Positions 35,380-44,455 of a stretch of DNA of 60,271 bases are shown here, piece after piece; positions within the stretch are counted from its first letter, which is position 1, and each line of letters begins with the position of its first letter. The notes below the pieces were generated by a model. The model saw only the letters and a program-made list of their open reading frames with translations. It was not told the origin of the DNA and made no database searches. The translations under genes and the position numbers were made by a program. The DNA comes from Bacilli bacterium (GTDB lineage Bacteria > Bacillota_I > Bacilli_A > RF39 > UBA660): positions 1 through 60,271 of the forward strand of contig JAAWSW010000001.1 in assembly GCA_022801735.1 (NCBI GenBank). Reading direction: 5' to 3'.

Positions 35380-36087
35380 TTATTGAGAAAGTGTTGCCCT
35401 ACTCAAATTTAAATATTGTCCATTATTTACAATAAATTCTTTTTTACCATTAAAATTATCATTGTTAACTATATCACTATCGCCAACTGGACCAGTCATA
35501 ATAGCATAATATCCACTACCTAAACTTTCAACGGTATATTTCCCTGCTGGAATATCAACACCAATTTTATAATATCCCGCTTGATTATAATTTTCTTGTT
35601 CATTAATTGTTTCATAAATTTGTTTAGCGCTTTCAACACCTAGTTTTTCAAATGCATTAATATTAATCAAAACTCCTCTTGTAGTTAAATTGCCAGCACC
35701 ATGAACTTTTACATAACCAAAACTATCGAAATTTTCATTATCAATTATATTGCCGCCAGCATCTTCCTCAGAATAATAGGAACCACTACCATCAAATTTA
35801 ATAAACGCATATTCACCAGAAGGAATTTCACCTTTAACATAATCACCTGTATCAAAAACTAATTTTTCCTCCATCAGGTCAGTTATTTTAACTATCATTT
35901 TCTGAGATTCACTAAGTTCTTTTTTCTCCTCGACTTTTGTTTCTTCTTTAACTTCCTTTTTATCTGTTTCATTTTTTGAAGAATCATCAAATATAGTACC
36001 AAAAATTCCTATAACCAAAACAACTGCAATTACAATTAATACTATCTTCCCCTTTTTATTGCTAGTCCCTTTTTTTATTTCATCCAT
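35380..36087 (-). CDS. Membrane-anchored extracytoplasmic protein with two internal repeats (hypothetical)
   Basis: N-terminal TM helix, a K/E-rich linker, then two related modules ('GDYVKGEIPSGEYAF..GSGSYY' and 'GYYKIGVDIPAGKYTV..GSGYYA'). Confidence 0.5.
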   Translation of the reverse strand: MDEIKKGTSNKKGKIVLIVIAVVLVIGIFGTIFDDSSKNETDKKEVKEETKVEEKKELSESQKMIVKITDLMEEKLVFDTGDYVKGEIPSGEYAFIKFDGSGSYYSEEDAGGNIIDNENFDSFGYVKVHGAGNLTTRGVLININAFEKLGVESAKQIYETINEQENYNQAGYYKIGVDIPAGKYTVESLGSGYYAIMTGPVGDSDIVNNDNFNGKKEFIVNNGQYLNLSRATLSQ

Positions 36088-36259
36088 AATATCACCTCTG
36101 ACTTTCCCTATTTTACAATTTACAACATACTACTAATAACTATATAATTCTTAACAACATCCCTCCTTATTTTCATAATAACATAATCTAAATAAAAAGT
36201 CACCCATTAAGTGACTTTTTATTTACGGTTTCTATTATAAAATGTTATTAGGTGATACT

Positions 36260-36484
36260 ATGGAAAACGATGGTATATATAAAACAATAGGTAAAAACAT
36301 AAAAAAATACCGCAAATTAAAAAGCATAACTCAAGAACAATTAGCTCAAATGGCTAATCTATCATATGGTTATATAAAAAATTTAGAAGCACCTAATGTA
36401 AACGCAACAATTTCCATAGAATCTTTAAATCTTATCGCTAAATGCCTAGATACTACCATAATAAAACTTTTAGATGACGCATAG
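36260..36484 (+). CDS. XRE-family helix-turn-helix transcriptional regulator
   Basis: 'IGKNIKKYRKLKSITQEQLAQMANLSYGYIKNLE' is an HTH_3-type motif. Start at MENDG with an AGGTGAT SD. Confidence 0.7.
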   Translation: MENDGIYKTIGKNIKKYRKLKSITQEQLAQMANLSYGYIKNLEAPNVNATISIESLNLIAKCLDTTIIKLLDDA

Positions 36485-36521
36485 TTCTCTAAAAGTTTTT
36501 ATATTAAACACTTTAAACCAA

Positions 36522-37358
36522 TTAAAATAATTCCCTAACAACTAAATCGTCAGACCATAAATTATTATTTTTACCCAACAATAAATTTTCATAAAACTTA
36601 ATCAAATAACTATTATCCTCATTAATACCTAAATAATTATTATAATAACTACTTCTAACTAAAGCATTTCTATAATAAATAGACTTATCCTTAAATAAAT
36701 TATTATCAACATTATAACCAAGATTAATCAAATATTTTTGTATAAACACTGCCGTAGTCCTAGTATTCCCTTCTCTAAAAGGATGTACTTGCCATATACT
36801 AGAAGAAAACAAAGTAATATTTCTTATAATATCTACCATAGGCATATCCTTATAATTCTTTTCTAATTCCAAAGATATATCATAGTCTAATGACTCCTCC
36901 AAGTGTTTATAATCACCATATGACACAGTATCATTGTTTAATATTCTTTCCTGTTTAGAAATATCAACATTTCTAAATTCTCCTGCAAATTCATAAACAT
37001 CTTGAAATAAATACTTATGAATAAATTTCAAGTAATCAACCGATAATTCAAAATCATCATTTTCAAGTAATTCAACAATTCTAGTTGAAACAAAATCACA
37101 TTCTAATTCATTATAATTAACATCATTTTCCGATTGTTTTTCTAAATAATATTCTTTCAAATTTTTTGAAACCTCTTTAATAGCCTTATTTCCATAAATA
37201 TTTTCCTCTACTAACTGCTCTAGATATTTAGAAGGCTTTAAATTATCTACTTCTTGAAGACCTATTGCCATATTCCACTGTAATTGCTTAATACAATTCG
37301 TAGAGGTATACTTCTCTTCATATTCATTAACACTCGAATCCCATTTTTTTTCGTCCAT
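36522..37358 (-). CDS. Fic-domain protein (probable AMPylase family)
   Basis: The Fic motif is 'HPFREGNTRTTAVF' (canonical HxFx[D/E]GNGRxxR, here with G-to-T at the second Gly). SD is AGGAGG. Confidence 0.8.
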   Translation of the reverse strand: MDEKKWDSSVNEYEEKYTSTNCIKQLQWNMAIGLQEVDNLKPSKYLEQLVEENIYGNKAIKEVSKNLKEYYLEKQSENDVNYNELECDFVSTRIVELLENDDFELSVDYLKFIHKYLFQDVYEFAGEFRNVDISKQERILNNDTVSYGDYKHLEESLDYDISLELEKNYKDMPMVDIIRNITLFSSSIWQVHPFREGNTRTTAVFIQKYLINLGYNVDNNLFKDKSIYYRNALVRSSYYNNYLGINEDNSYLIKFYENLLLGKNNNLWSDDLVVRELF

Positions 37359-37438
37359 GAAACGCCTCCTAAATCTATATCAATATTATAACATGTAAAA
37401 TATGAAAAAAGTAAATAAAAAAGGCTTAAGATATAAAC

Positions 37439-39157
37439 TTAAACCAATTCAGTTTCATATAAATTTTTATATTCGATACAATTTTTCATAAGTTCCTCAT
37501 GCGTTCCAGTAGCAATCACCCTACCATCATCAACAAATAAAATTCTATCACTATTAATAACTGTAGATAGACGGTGCGCAATAATTAAAATAGTATACTC
37601 ACCCTTCATATTATTAATAGCCATTTGTATATCCTTTTGAGTTTCATTATCCAAAGCACTAGTTGCCTCATCAAATAAAATAATTTCTGTTTTCTTAAGT
37701 AACGCACGAGCAATTGCTAGTCTCTGCCTTTGTCCACCAGATAAAGTGATTCCACCCTCACCAACTAAAGTATCATACTTATCTGGTAAAGTCATAATAT
37801 AATCATGAATTTGAGCAAGTCTGCAAGCCTCTATCATCTCTTCTTCAGTCATATCATCTTTAACTAAAGATAAATTTTCTCTTATCGAAAAATTAAATAT
37901 ATAAGGATCCTGAGTAATTAAAGAAATATTTCCTCTAATAGAATCACAAGTCAAATCATTAATATTAACACCGTCAATAGTAATAGATCCATCATTAACC
38001 TCATATAACTTGGTTATCAAATTAAATATAGTACTTTTACCACTTCCACTTTTACCTACAAAAGCAACTGTTTCATTCTCATTAATTTTAAAATCTAAGT
38101 TGTTAAGAACCATCTTATCATTATAACCAAAAGAAACATTCCTAAATTCAAAGTTGCCACTAGCCTTATTTAAAACAACATCACCAAAAGTTTCTTTCTT
38201 AAACTTATCATGTGAAATTATTTCAAAAATACGGCTACTACTCAAATTATAATCCTTTAAATACTGTGTTATGTAATTAAAATTCTCAAGTAAATTAAAC
38301 ACATGATCTTGGTAATTATATAAAACAATAAACATTGGAAAAACAAGCAAATTATGACTAATTAAAAATACCCCTAGAATTATAAAACCAAACTTTCCTA
38401 ATTCTTCGACAGTTCTAATTAAAGACCACAAAAGGCTATTATTTCTAATCATCTTATAACGTAAATTATTAGTAGTAGTAAATCTCTCTTTCATTTTATT
38501 AGTAAAACCTGCAATCGCATTTAATACCTTAATATCCTTAAGACCACGTATTAACTCCGATACTATTCCAGTATTATTTTCATTTAACTTTCTAATTTCC
38601 TTATCAATTTTAAAATAGTACTTAAATCTCAAATGATTACAGAATGAAATTAAACAAAGAACAAATACATAATAACAAAATACATATTTATTAACTAAAA
38701 ATACAGCTACCATTATTCCCAAATTAGCCATTGTTGTAATAATTGTATGAGATAATTCTACAAAAACATACCTCACCTGGTTACAATCATTATTTAGCCT
38801 ATCTGCAAAAACACCAGACGAATTTGTCAATAACTCCTTTTGTTCCAATAATAACGTTTCAGAAGCAAGTTCACACTGTAGTTTAACTAATATACCCCTA
38901 CTGAATTTATTAGAAGCAACATTACCTATTGCCCAAAAAACTTCTGTACCTACCGAAAACAAAAATATCAAAAAACCAACAAAAATCAAATTATTAACAT
39001 TCTGATTTGTAATTTCAATAATTAACTGTGCCACTAAAAGTGGATTTAAAACATTACAAACAGTAGTCAAAATACCGAAGAAAATAAATATAAATAAATA
39101 TCTTCTATACCCATACGCATATTTCCATGTTTTCTTCAAACTCTTTAACGATTCCAT
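37439..39157 (-). CDS. ABC exporter, fused permease plus ATPase (MsbA/MdlB-like)
   Basis: A six-TM N-terminal half, then 'GKSGSGKST' (Walker A), 'LSGGQRQRLAIARA' (signature) and 'ILFDEATSALD' (Walker B). No C39 peptidase domain. Start at MESLKS with a GGGAGGATG SD. Confidence 0.85.
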   Translation of the reverse strand: MESLKSLKKTWKYAYGYRRYLFIFIFFGILTTVCNVLNPLLVAQLIIEITNQNVNNLIFVGFLIFLFSVGTEVFWAIGNVASNKFSRGILVKLQCELASETLLLEQKELLTNSSGVFADRLNNDCNQVRYVFVELSHTIITTMANLGIMVAVFLVNKYVFCYYVFVLCLISFCNHLRFKYYFKIDKEIRKLNENNTGIVSELIRGLKDIKVLNAIAGFTNKMKERFTTTNNLRYKMIRNNSLLWSLIRTVEELGKFGFIILGVFLISHNLLVFPMFIVLYNYQDHVFNLLENFNYITQYLKDYNLSSSRIFEIISHDKFKKETFGDVVLNKASGNFEFRNVSFGYNDKMVLNNLDFKINENETVAFVGKSGSGKSTIFNLITKLYEVNDGSITIDGVNINDLTCDSIRGNISLITQDPYIFNFSIRENLSLVKDDMTEEEMIEACRLAQIHDYIMTLPDKYDTLVGEGGITLSGGQRQRLAIARALLKKTEIILFDEATSALDNETQKDIQMAINNMKGEYTILIIAHRLSTVINSDRILFVDDGRVIATGTHEELMKNCIEYKNLYETELV

Positions 39158-39201
39158 CTTACATCCTCCCTCACAAAACATTCATATTAATATTTACTTA
39201 A

Positions 39202-39759
39202 TTATACACCAATAGGCTCAATAATTCTATCAACAATACCATAATTTAATGCAATATCACTCGATAACCAAAAATCACGTTCCAAATTTATTACCATTCC
39301 TTGATCTAATTTTGTATTCATTAAAATAATATCAGTTAACGTCTGTTTAATCTTCTTCATATGCTCAGAAGCAATAATAATATCAGTAGCCTGACCTTCA
39401 GTACTTCCTAATGGTTGATGAAGCATAACCTCACTATGTGGAAGCATTTTTCTTTTTCCCTTTGTTCCTGACATTAATATGATTGAAGCCATTGAAGCGC
39501 ATAAAACAATACCTATAGTTACAACATCAGATTTAATATATTTCATTGTATCATATATCATAAAACCACTATTGATTTCACCACCAGGTGAATTAATATA
39601 TAAAATAATATCATCATGACTCTTTGAATCCAAATATAATAACTTAGCCACAATTTCTTTAGCACTTTTCTCATCAATATTCCCAGATAAAAATACTATC
39701 CTATTTTTTAACAATTCATTATAAATTTCAAATTCTTTAGGCAAAGAAAACACCCTCAT
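39202..39759 (-). CDS. ClpP-family serine peptidase paralog with a shortened N-terminus
   Basis: 'YINSPGGEINSGFMIYDTM', 'CASMASIIL' (Ser), 'MLHQPLG' (His) and 'LERDFWLS' (Asp). It is about 8 aa shorter than canonical ClpP and lacks the conserved N-terminal P-x-V-(I/V)-E axial-loop segment. The ATG lies 23 nt inside the upstream AAA+ gene. Confidence 0.8.
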   Translation of the reverse strand: MRVFSLPKEFEIYNELLKNRIVFLSGNIDEKSAKEIVAKLLYLDSKSHDDIILYINSPGGEINSGFMIYDTMKYIKSDVVTIGIVLCASMASIILMSGTKGKRKMLPHSEVMLHQPLGSTEGQATDIIIASEHMKKIKQTLTDIILMNTKLDQGMVINLERDFWLSSDIALNYGIVDRIIEPIGV

Positions 39760-40645
39760 TCTTAATCATAAATTCAGAAATATTCATATCTTCCTTACTA
39801 ATAGTAAGTAACTGATTACTATCCATAATATCTTTAGTCCTAGTTGCATGTTCCAGTAATATCTTATTATACAAATTATCAACTAAACGTCCATTCCCAC
39901 TATTTTCTATATTAGTCTTATCCAAAAGTTTCTTAAACTCATCTTCAGCATCAAAATCCAATTTCAAATTACTATCATTTATTTTTTTCTTAAACATTTG
40001 AAATAATTCATCAGCGCTATAATCATTAAAATCTATAGTATAACCAATCCTAGACTTAAGTCCTGGATTAATATCAATAAATTCCTTCATTTGATTTTTA
40101 TAACCCGCAAACACAAATACAGTCTCCTTCTTTTCCATCTCTTTAATTATTTCTACAATTGCATCCTTCGCAAAACCATTTTCTTCATCATTATTAAATC
40201 CATATGCTTCATCAATAAATATTAATCCACCTCTATATGTATCAAGTATTCCCTTAGTTTTAATCGCCGTTTGTCCAACATATCCTGCAATACAAGCCTG
40301 CGGAGTAATTTCAACAACCGCATTATTCTTAATATAACCCATACTATATAAAATATCTGCAAGTAAACGAGCAACCGTTGTTTTTCCAGTACCTGGATTA
40401 CCACTAAATACCATATGAAGATTTAAACTATCTATATTAGCCTTATCCTTAACTTTATTAATAAATTCCAAATAAGAAACTAATTTTCTAATTTCCCTTT
40501 TAATATTTTCAAGACCAATTAAATTATTTAAATCCTCTAAACCATTACTATGAACTTCATAAACTTGAAAATTAATCCCATTTCTATTTTCAATCTCACT
40601 TAATCTCTTATCAATTTTTTTTAAAATACTATCAAAATCATCCAT
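39737..40645 (-). CDS. CbbX/SpoVK-type AAA+ ATPase
   Basis: 'MVFSGNPGTGKTTVARLLADIL' (Walker A), 'GGLIFIDEAYGF' (Walker B) and 'VFVFAGYKNQM' (sensor region), as in the SpoVK/CbbX/EccA family. Start at MDDFDS with a GGGGGTGAGG SD. The C-terminus is '...NEGVFFA'. Confidence 0.8.
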   Translation of the reverse strand: MDDFDSILKKIDKRLSEIENRNGINFQVYEVHSNGLEDLNNLIGLENIKREIRKLVSYLEFINKVKDKANIDSLNLHMVFSGNPGTGKTTVARLLADILYSMGYIKNNAVVEITPQACIAGYVGQTAIKTKGILDTYRGGLIFIDEAYGFNNDEENGFAKDAIVEIIKEMEKKETVFVFAGYKNQMKEFIDINPGLKSRIGYTIDFNDYSADELFQMFKKKINDSNLKLDFDAEDEFKKLLDKTNIENSGNGRLVDNLYNKILLEHATRTKDIMDSNQLLTISKEDMNISEFMIKNEGVFFA

Positions 40646-40754
40646 AACAATCCTCACCCCCTAAAAAAAATAGTACAAACTAATCGTACCATTTTTTATT
40701 ATCAAAAATTTAAACTAAAATGACTTTTATAAAAGTAAATAATTATATTTCTTA

Positions 40755-41279
40755 CTATGCCGCCTTTTTATCTGATTGTCTAGTTAACACTTTCACAGGA
40801 ACTTTAACATCATTTTTATCATTATTATTTTCAAAGGCTGATGATTGTAAACCACTAATTATTTTTTTCAACTCCTTAAGTTCCGCCAAATCAGTCTGGA
40901 TTTGTTCTAATTTATCCATATCCTTTCCTCCTTGTTCAAAAGGAAGGCTGCCATGAACTAAAGAAAATTTTCTAAATTTAGATGGACTCAATCCAACAAT
41001 CCTAGTAAATTGCTCAGAAAAGTATTCAAGTGAATTAAAACCATTATTAAGCGCTACCTTAAGCATGGAATCATCTGTATAAGCAATTTCATGCATACTG
41101 TTTTGGATTTTTCTACTATTTATATATTGATTTATAGTTAAACCAGTACACTCTTTAAACTTTCTCATCAAATGAAATTTATTAAAATGAAAAACCGAAG
41201 CAATATCATCAATCGAAATAGAATCATTTACGTTATCATCAATATATAAGCAAATATCACTTATTAAATTTTCGTTCAT
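40755..41279 (-). CDS. AraC-family HTH regulator with a non-canonical coiled-coil C-terminus
   Basis: The AraC double HTH ('ISIDDIASVFHFNKFHLMRKFKECTGLTINQYINSRKI...GFNSLEYFSEQFTRIVGLSPSKFRK') is N-terminal. There is no sugar-binding domain. The C-terminal ~65 aa are coiled-coil and charged. Confidence 0.7.
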   Translation of the reverse strand: MNENLISDICLYIDDNVNDSISIDDIASVFHFNKFHLMRKFKECTGLTINQYINSRKIQNSMHEIAYTDDSMLKVALNNGFNSLEYFSEQFTRIVGLSPSKFRKFSLVHGSLPFEQGGKDMDKLEQIQTDLAELKELKKIISGLQSSAFENNNDKNDVKVPVKVLTRQSDKKAA

Positions 41280-41343
41280 GTGCTTCCCCCCTTCAGCATC
41301 ATTTTAACAAAAATTTCAAAAAAGAATTTAAACAATAATGACA

Positions 41344-41371
41344 TTATAACACAAATTAACATATTGTCAAA
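41344..41371 (-). promoter_or_regulatory. Near-consensus sigma-A promoter of the AraC-type gene
   Basis: The minus strand reads TTGACA-16 nt-TGTTATAAT. Confidence 0.5.
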
Positions 41372-41400
41372 TTATAATAAACATCTAAAAAAGACTTAAT

Positions 41401-41709
41401 TTAAAGTCTTTCTTCCTTAGCAAGCAAATACTCTCCTAACATGTTTTTAGCAACCTCAACATAAACAAGAATAGCCTCAACATAATCTTCCTCTGGCATA
41501 CTATCTTCATTAATATCCAAAATTTCTTTACTAGTTAAATAATGTAACTCTATTCCATCATTACTAGCCATCATTTCAATACTAATAATTAATTCTTTTA
41601 TAGAATCTATAACTTCCTGCTTTTTTTCAAATAAACTCAAAGGTTTTACCGACTCAATATACTCAGTAAAAGCATTTTGTAATTCATTTATATTAACGAC
41701 TTCTTCCAT
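41401..41709 (-). CDS. Acidic 102-aa protein, unknown function
   Basis: Track ORF 41401..41721. The start preferred is the ATG preceded by GGAG (MEEVVNINEL...). It overlaps the upstream 255-aa gene by 17 nt. A terminator hairpin AAGACTT/AAGTCTT lies at its stop. Confidence 0.45.
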   Translation of the reverse strand: MEEVVNINELQNAFTEYIESVKPLSLFEKKQEVIDSIKELIISIEMMASNDGIELHYLTSKEILDINEDSMPEEDYVEAILVYVEVAKNMLGEYLLAKEERL

Positions 41710-42460
41710 TTGTGTCTCCATAATATAATTGATCTATCTGCCCAGCATTATTCCCATTTAAAATTTTTCTTTCTTTTAAATGGGTCAGTTTATATAGTGG
41801 ACTCTGCTTTTTATATCGTTCTTTTGCTTCCCTCTTCGCACGTTTTAAATCCATATCACGAAAATGATGAGGATTTTCATTAACCATTTCATTTAATTCT
41901 TCTATTTTCTTATTAGCATAACTAATTGAAACAGAACCACTTAATTCATTACGCGCTATTTCCAAACCAGACAATATCTGCATTTTTACTGCCGAATTAT
42001 CAATTTCATTAAAAACATCCAAAAAAACACCAAAATCACGAATAACCTTATTAACATGACCTGTTTGAGTTAACATTGCTCTTTCATAATCAACATTTAA
42101 CTGTTCCACCATTGATTTTAATTCAGCAACCTTGTGCATATCTACTGTACTTTGATTAAGTCCAGTATAACCCATTTCGATATTTTCATCTTCTTGTTTT
42201 TCATTTAAATCTTGATCCTCAAGTATTTGATTTGCAACATCGTTAGACATCTGAATTCTATCATCACGTTCACTAATTACTGCTGAATACTCCTCTGGTG
42301 TTAAATAACATACTTTTTCAAACCCATTCTCAGTCCAAGTAACAATATAATTACCATCATTATTTCTTACAATAGAAGTATTTCCCAAAGAATCAGAAAG
42401 CCCATAATAACGCCCATATAAAATATCTGCTACGTTTTTAACCTTATTAATATCAACCAT
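41693..42460 (-). CDS. 255-aa protein, unknown function
   Basis: Long ORF with a GGGAGGA SD. I recognise no motif. The C-terminal segment is basic. Confidence 0.5.
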   Translation of the reverse strand: MVDINKVKNVADILYGRYYGLSDSLGNTSIVRNNDGNYIVTWTENGFEKVCYLTPEEYSAVISERDDRIQMSNDVANQILEDQDLNEKQEDENIEMGYTGLNQSTVDMHKVAELKSMVEQLNVDYERAMLTQTGHVNKVIRDFGVFLDVFNEIDNSAVKMQILSGLEIARNELSGSVSISYANKKIEELNEMVNENPHHFRDMDLKRAKREAKERYKKQSPLYKLTHLKERKILNGNNAGQIDQLYYGDTNGRSR

Positions 42461-42580
42461 CTTTATCCTCCCATCAACATCATTATAATATATTATTAAC
42501 TAAAAAGAAAAAATAATAATCAATAGTATACATATATTGACACCAATAATTCAAAATAGTATATTTAATATGGTGATTAT

Positions 42581-43600
42581 ATGGAAATATTAATGTTATT
42601 TATCAGTCTTATCGTTATATTAATTGCAGCAGAACTGTTTGTAAATGCAATAGAATGGTTAGGAAAATTATTAAATCTATCAGAAGGAGCAGTAGGTTCA
42701 GTATTAGCAGCTGTTGGAACCGCCTTACCAGAAACTTTAATCCCAATTATTGCACTAGTTAGTGGAACACACGAAAGTGCCGAAGAAATTGGAATTGGAG
42801 CAATACTAGGTGCACCATTAATGCTATCAACATTAACAATGTTTGTAACAGGTGTTGCGGTTATAACCTTCAAACACAAAAGAAAACATAAAGATAAAGT
42901 AGTTGTACATTATAATACTGTAAGCCGTGATTTAAAATTCTTTATTTTTTCATTCACAGTTGCCTTATTATGCGGATTTATTCCAAGCGAACTACAATCA
43001 GTAAAAATATGTTTAGGTGCTCTATTAGTATTAAGTTACTTTATTTACATTATTAAAATCGTAAAAGAAAATAGAGAAAGCGAAAGTGATGTCCCAGACC
43101 TATACTTTGCCTTTGGCCATAACAAAATCATGAAAAAGAAACAAGCAATATTATTAGTCCTATTCCAAGCAATAGTCGCTTTAACACTTATAATCATAGG
43201 TGCTGAAGTATTTGTCGATTCAATTTCATATGTATCAAAATTATTAAACATTCCAGCATTTGTACTAGCAATCATCATTACACCAATTGCTACTGAACTT
43301 CCAGAAAAATTTAATAGTGTCATTTGGATATCTAGAGAAAAAGATACACTAGCACTAGGAAATATCACAGGAGCCATGATGTTTCAAGCCTCAATTCTTC
43401 CAGCAGTTGGAATTTTACTAACTGATTGGACACTAAATAGTTCTGGAACAATTATTTCATCACTAATAGCAATCGCCTCAGCAACCCTTCTATTAACAGA
43501 ACTAAATATGAAGAAACATATGACTGTAAAGATGTTATTACTATGTGGACTATTCTATTTTCTATTTTTAACACTAGTTTTAATAGGAGTTATAAGATAG
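42581..43600 (+). CDS. CaCA-family sodium/calcium exchanger membrane protein (YrbG-like)
   Basis: Two alpha-repeat signatures are present, 'AAVGTALPETLIP' and 'PIATELPEKFNS', within about 10 TM helices. Confidence 0.8.
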   Translation: MEILMLFISLIVILIAAELFVNAIEWLGKLLNLSEGAVGSVLAAVGTALPETLIPIIALVSGTHESAEEIGIGAILGAPLMLSTLTMFVTGVAVITFKHKRKHKDKVVVHYNTVSRDLKFFIFSFTVALLCGFIPSELQSVKICLGALLVLSYFIYIIKIVKENRESESDVPDLYFAFGHNKIMKKKQAILLVLFQAIVALTLIIIGAEVFVDSISYVSKLLNIPAFVLAIIITPIATELPEKFNSVIWISREKDTLALGNITGAMMFQASILPAVGILLTDWTLNSSGTIISSLIAIASATLLLTELNMKKHMTVKMLLLCGLFYFLFLTLVLIGVIR

Positions 43601-43640
43601 TAAAAACTTACCTAAATGGTAAGTTTTTTAATAAATAAAA

Positions 43641-44315
43641 CTAAAAAACAATTTTAAAAGGATTGTGTAAAGTACCATTACCCGATAACCTAAAATTATT
43701 ATCCAAAGAAACCACAGGCAAAATTCCAATTTCATTATATGATGGTCTAATATCAGGAAAATAAGTATTTCCAACATAATATATTCCATCAGTATCCTCA
43801 TCAATAGTCAAAGTCCAAATTGCATTATTAACGCTACTAGAAGCAATATAATTTACATAATTACCTTTATAACACACTTTCTCATTTTTAAAATACAAAT
43901 TAAGTTTCCCACATAATAATTGATTAGAATTAATCTCTAAATACTCTTTTAAACTAATAAGTTCAATTTGTTTAACAATCTTTCTATAATTATCCTCTAC
44001 AATATTTAAATAGTCGTAATTTAAATATTTATTTAATGTAGAATCATTCCATTTACTAGAACCACCTTCATCATAAGGCATATGAGCAAAAACCTCATTT
44101 CTAATTAATTTAACTTCATTCTTATCCAAAGATAAAACCCTCCATAACTCATTATTGAAAACAATATAATTATTCGGATTAAACCCTTTATACAAATATC
44201 TTTCCTCTTCATATTTATCTTGATATAAACCATCACCCTTTGTAACTACAGGAACATTTACACCATTAAAATTAAATCCAATAACTATCATAATTAACTT
44301 TAATAAAAATTCCAT
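43641..44315 (-). CDS. Secreted or membrane-anchored protein, unknown function
   Basis: N-terminal hydrophobic segment. Start at MEFLLKL with a GGAGGA SD. Confidence 0.45.
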   Translation of the reverse strand: MEFLLKLIMIVIGFNFNGVNVPVVTKGDGLYQDKYEEERYLYKGFNPNNYIVFNNELWRVLSLDKNEVKLIRNEVFAHMPYDEGGSSKWNDSTLNKYLNYDYLNIVEDNYRKIVKQIELISLKEYLEINSNQLLCGKLNLYFKNEKVCYKGNYVNYIASSSVNNAIWTLTIDEDTDGIYYVGNTYFPDIRPSYNEIGILPVVSLDNNFRLSGNGTLHNPFKIVF

Positions 44316-44455
44316 TATTCCTCCAATCATTAAATTATTACCCCAAAGCCCTTTTTACCCTTCTACATATATCCTACTGCGCTGGCCTATCAAATTCCTT
44401 CTTTTTATGTAAAAAAATAAAAAAAATTTGCTATAATTTATAATAGGTGAAGTAA

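Noticed and set aside
36130-36190. A tiny upstream ORF (MLLRII*) with an AAGGAGGG motif in the leader of the 235-aa membrane-protein gene.
   Set aside because: The SD abuts the ATG with essentially no spacer, and the ORF has only 6 codons. It probably arises by chance.
36200-42500. Whether the XRE/Fic/ABC/ClpP/AAA+/AraC block is a mobile element (integrative island, prophage remnant or transposon).
   Set aside because: I saw no integrase, recombinase, transposase, terminal inverted repeats, flanking direct repeats or adjacent tRNA. It is treated as an accessory chromosomal block rather than called a mobile element.
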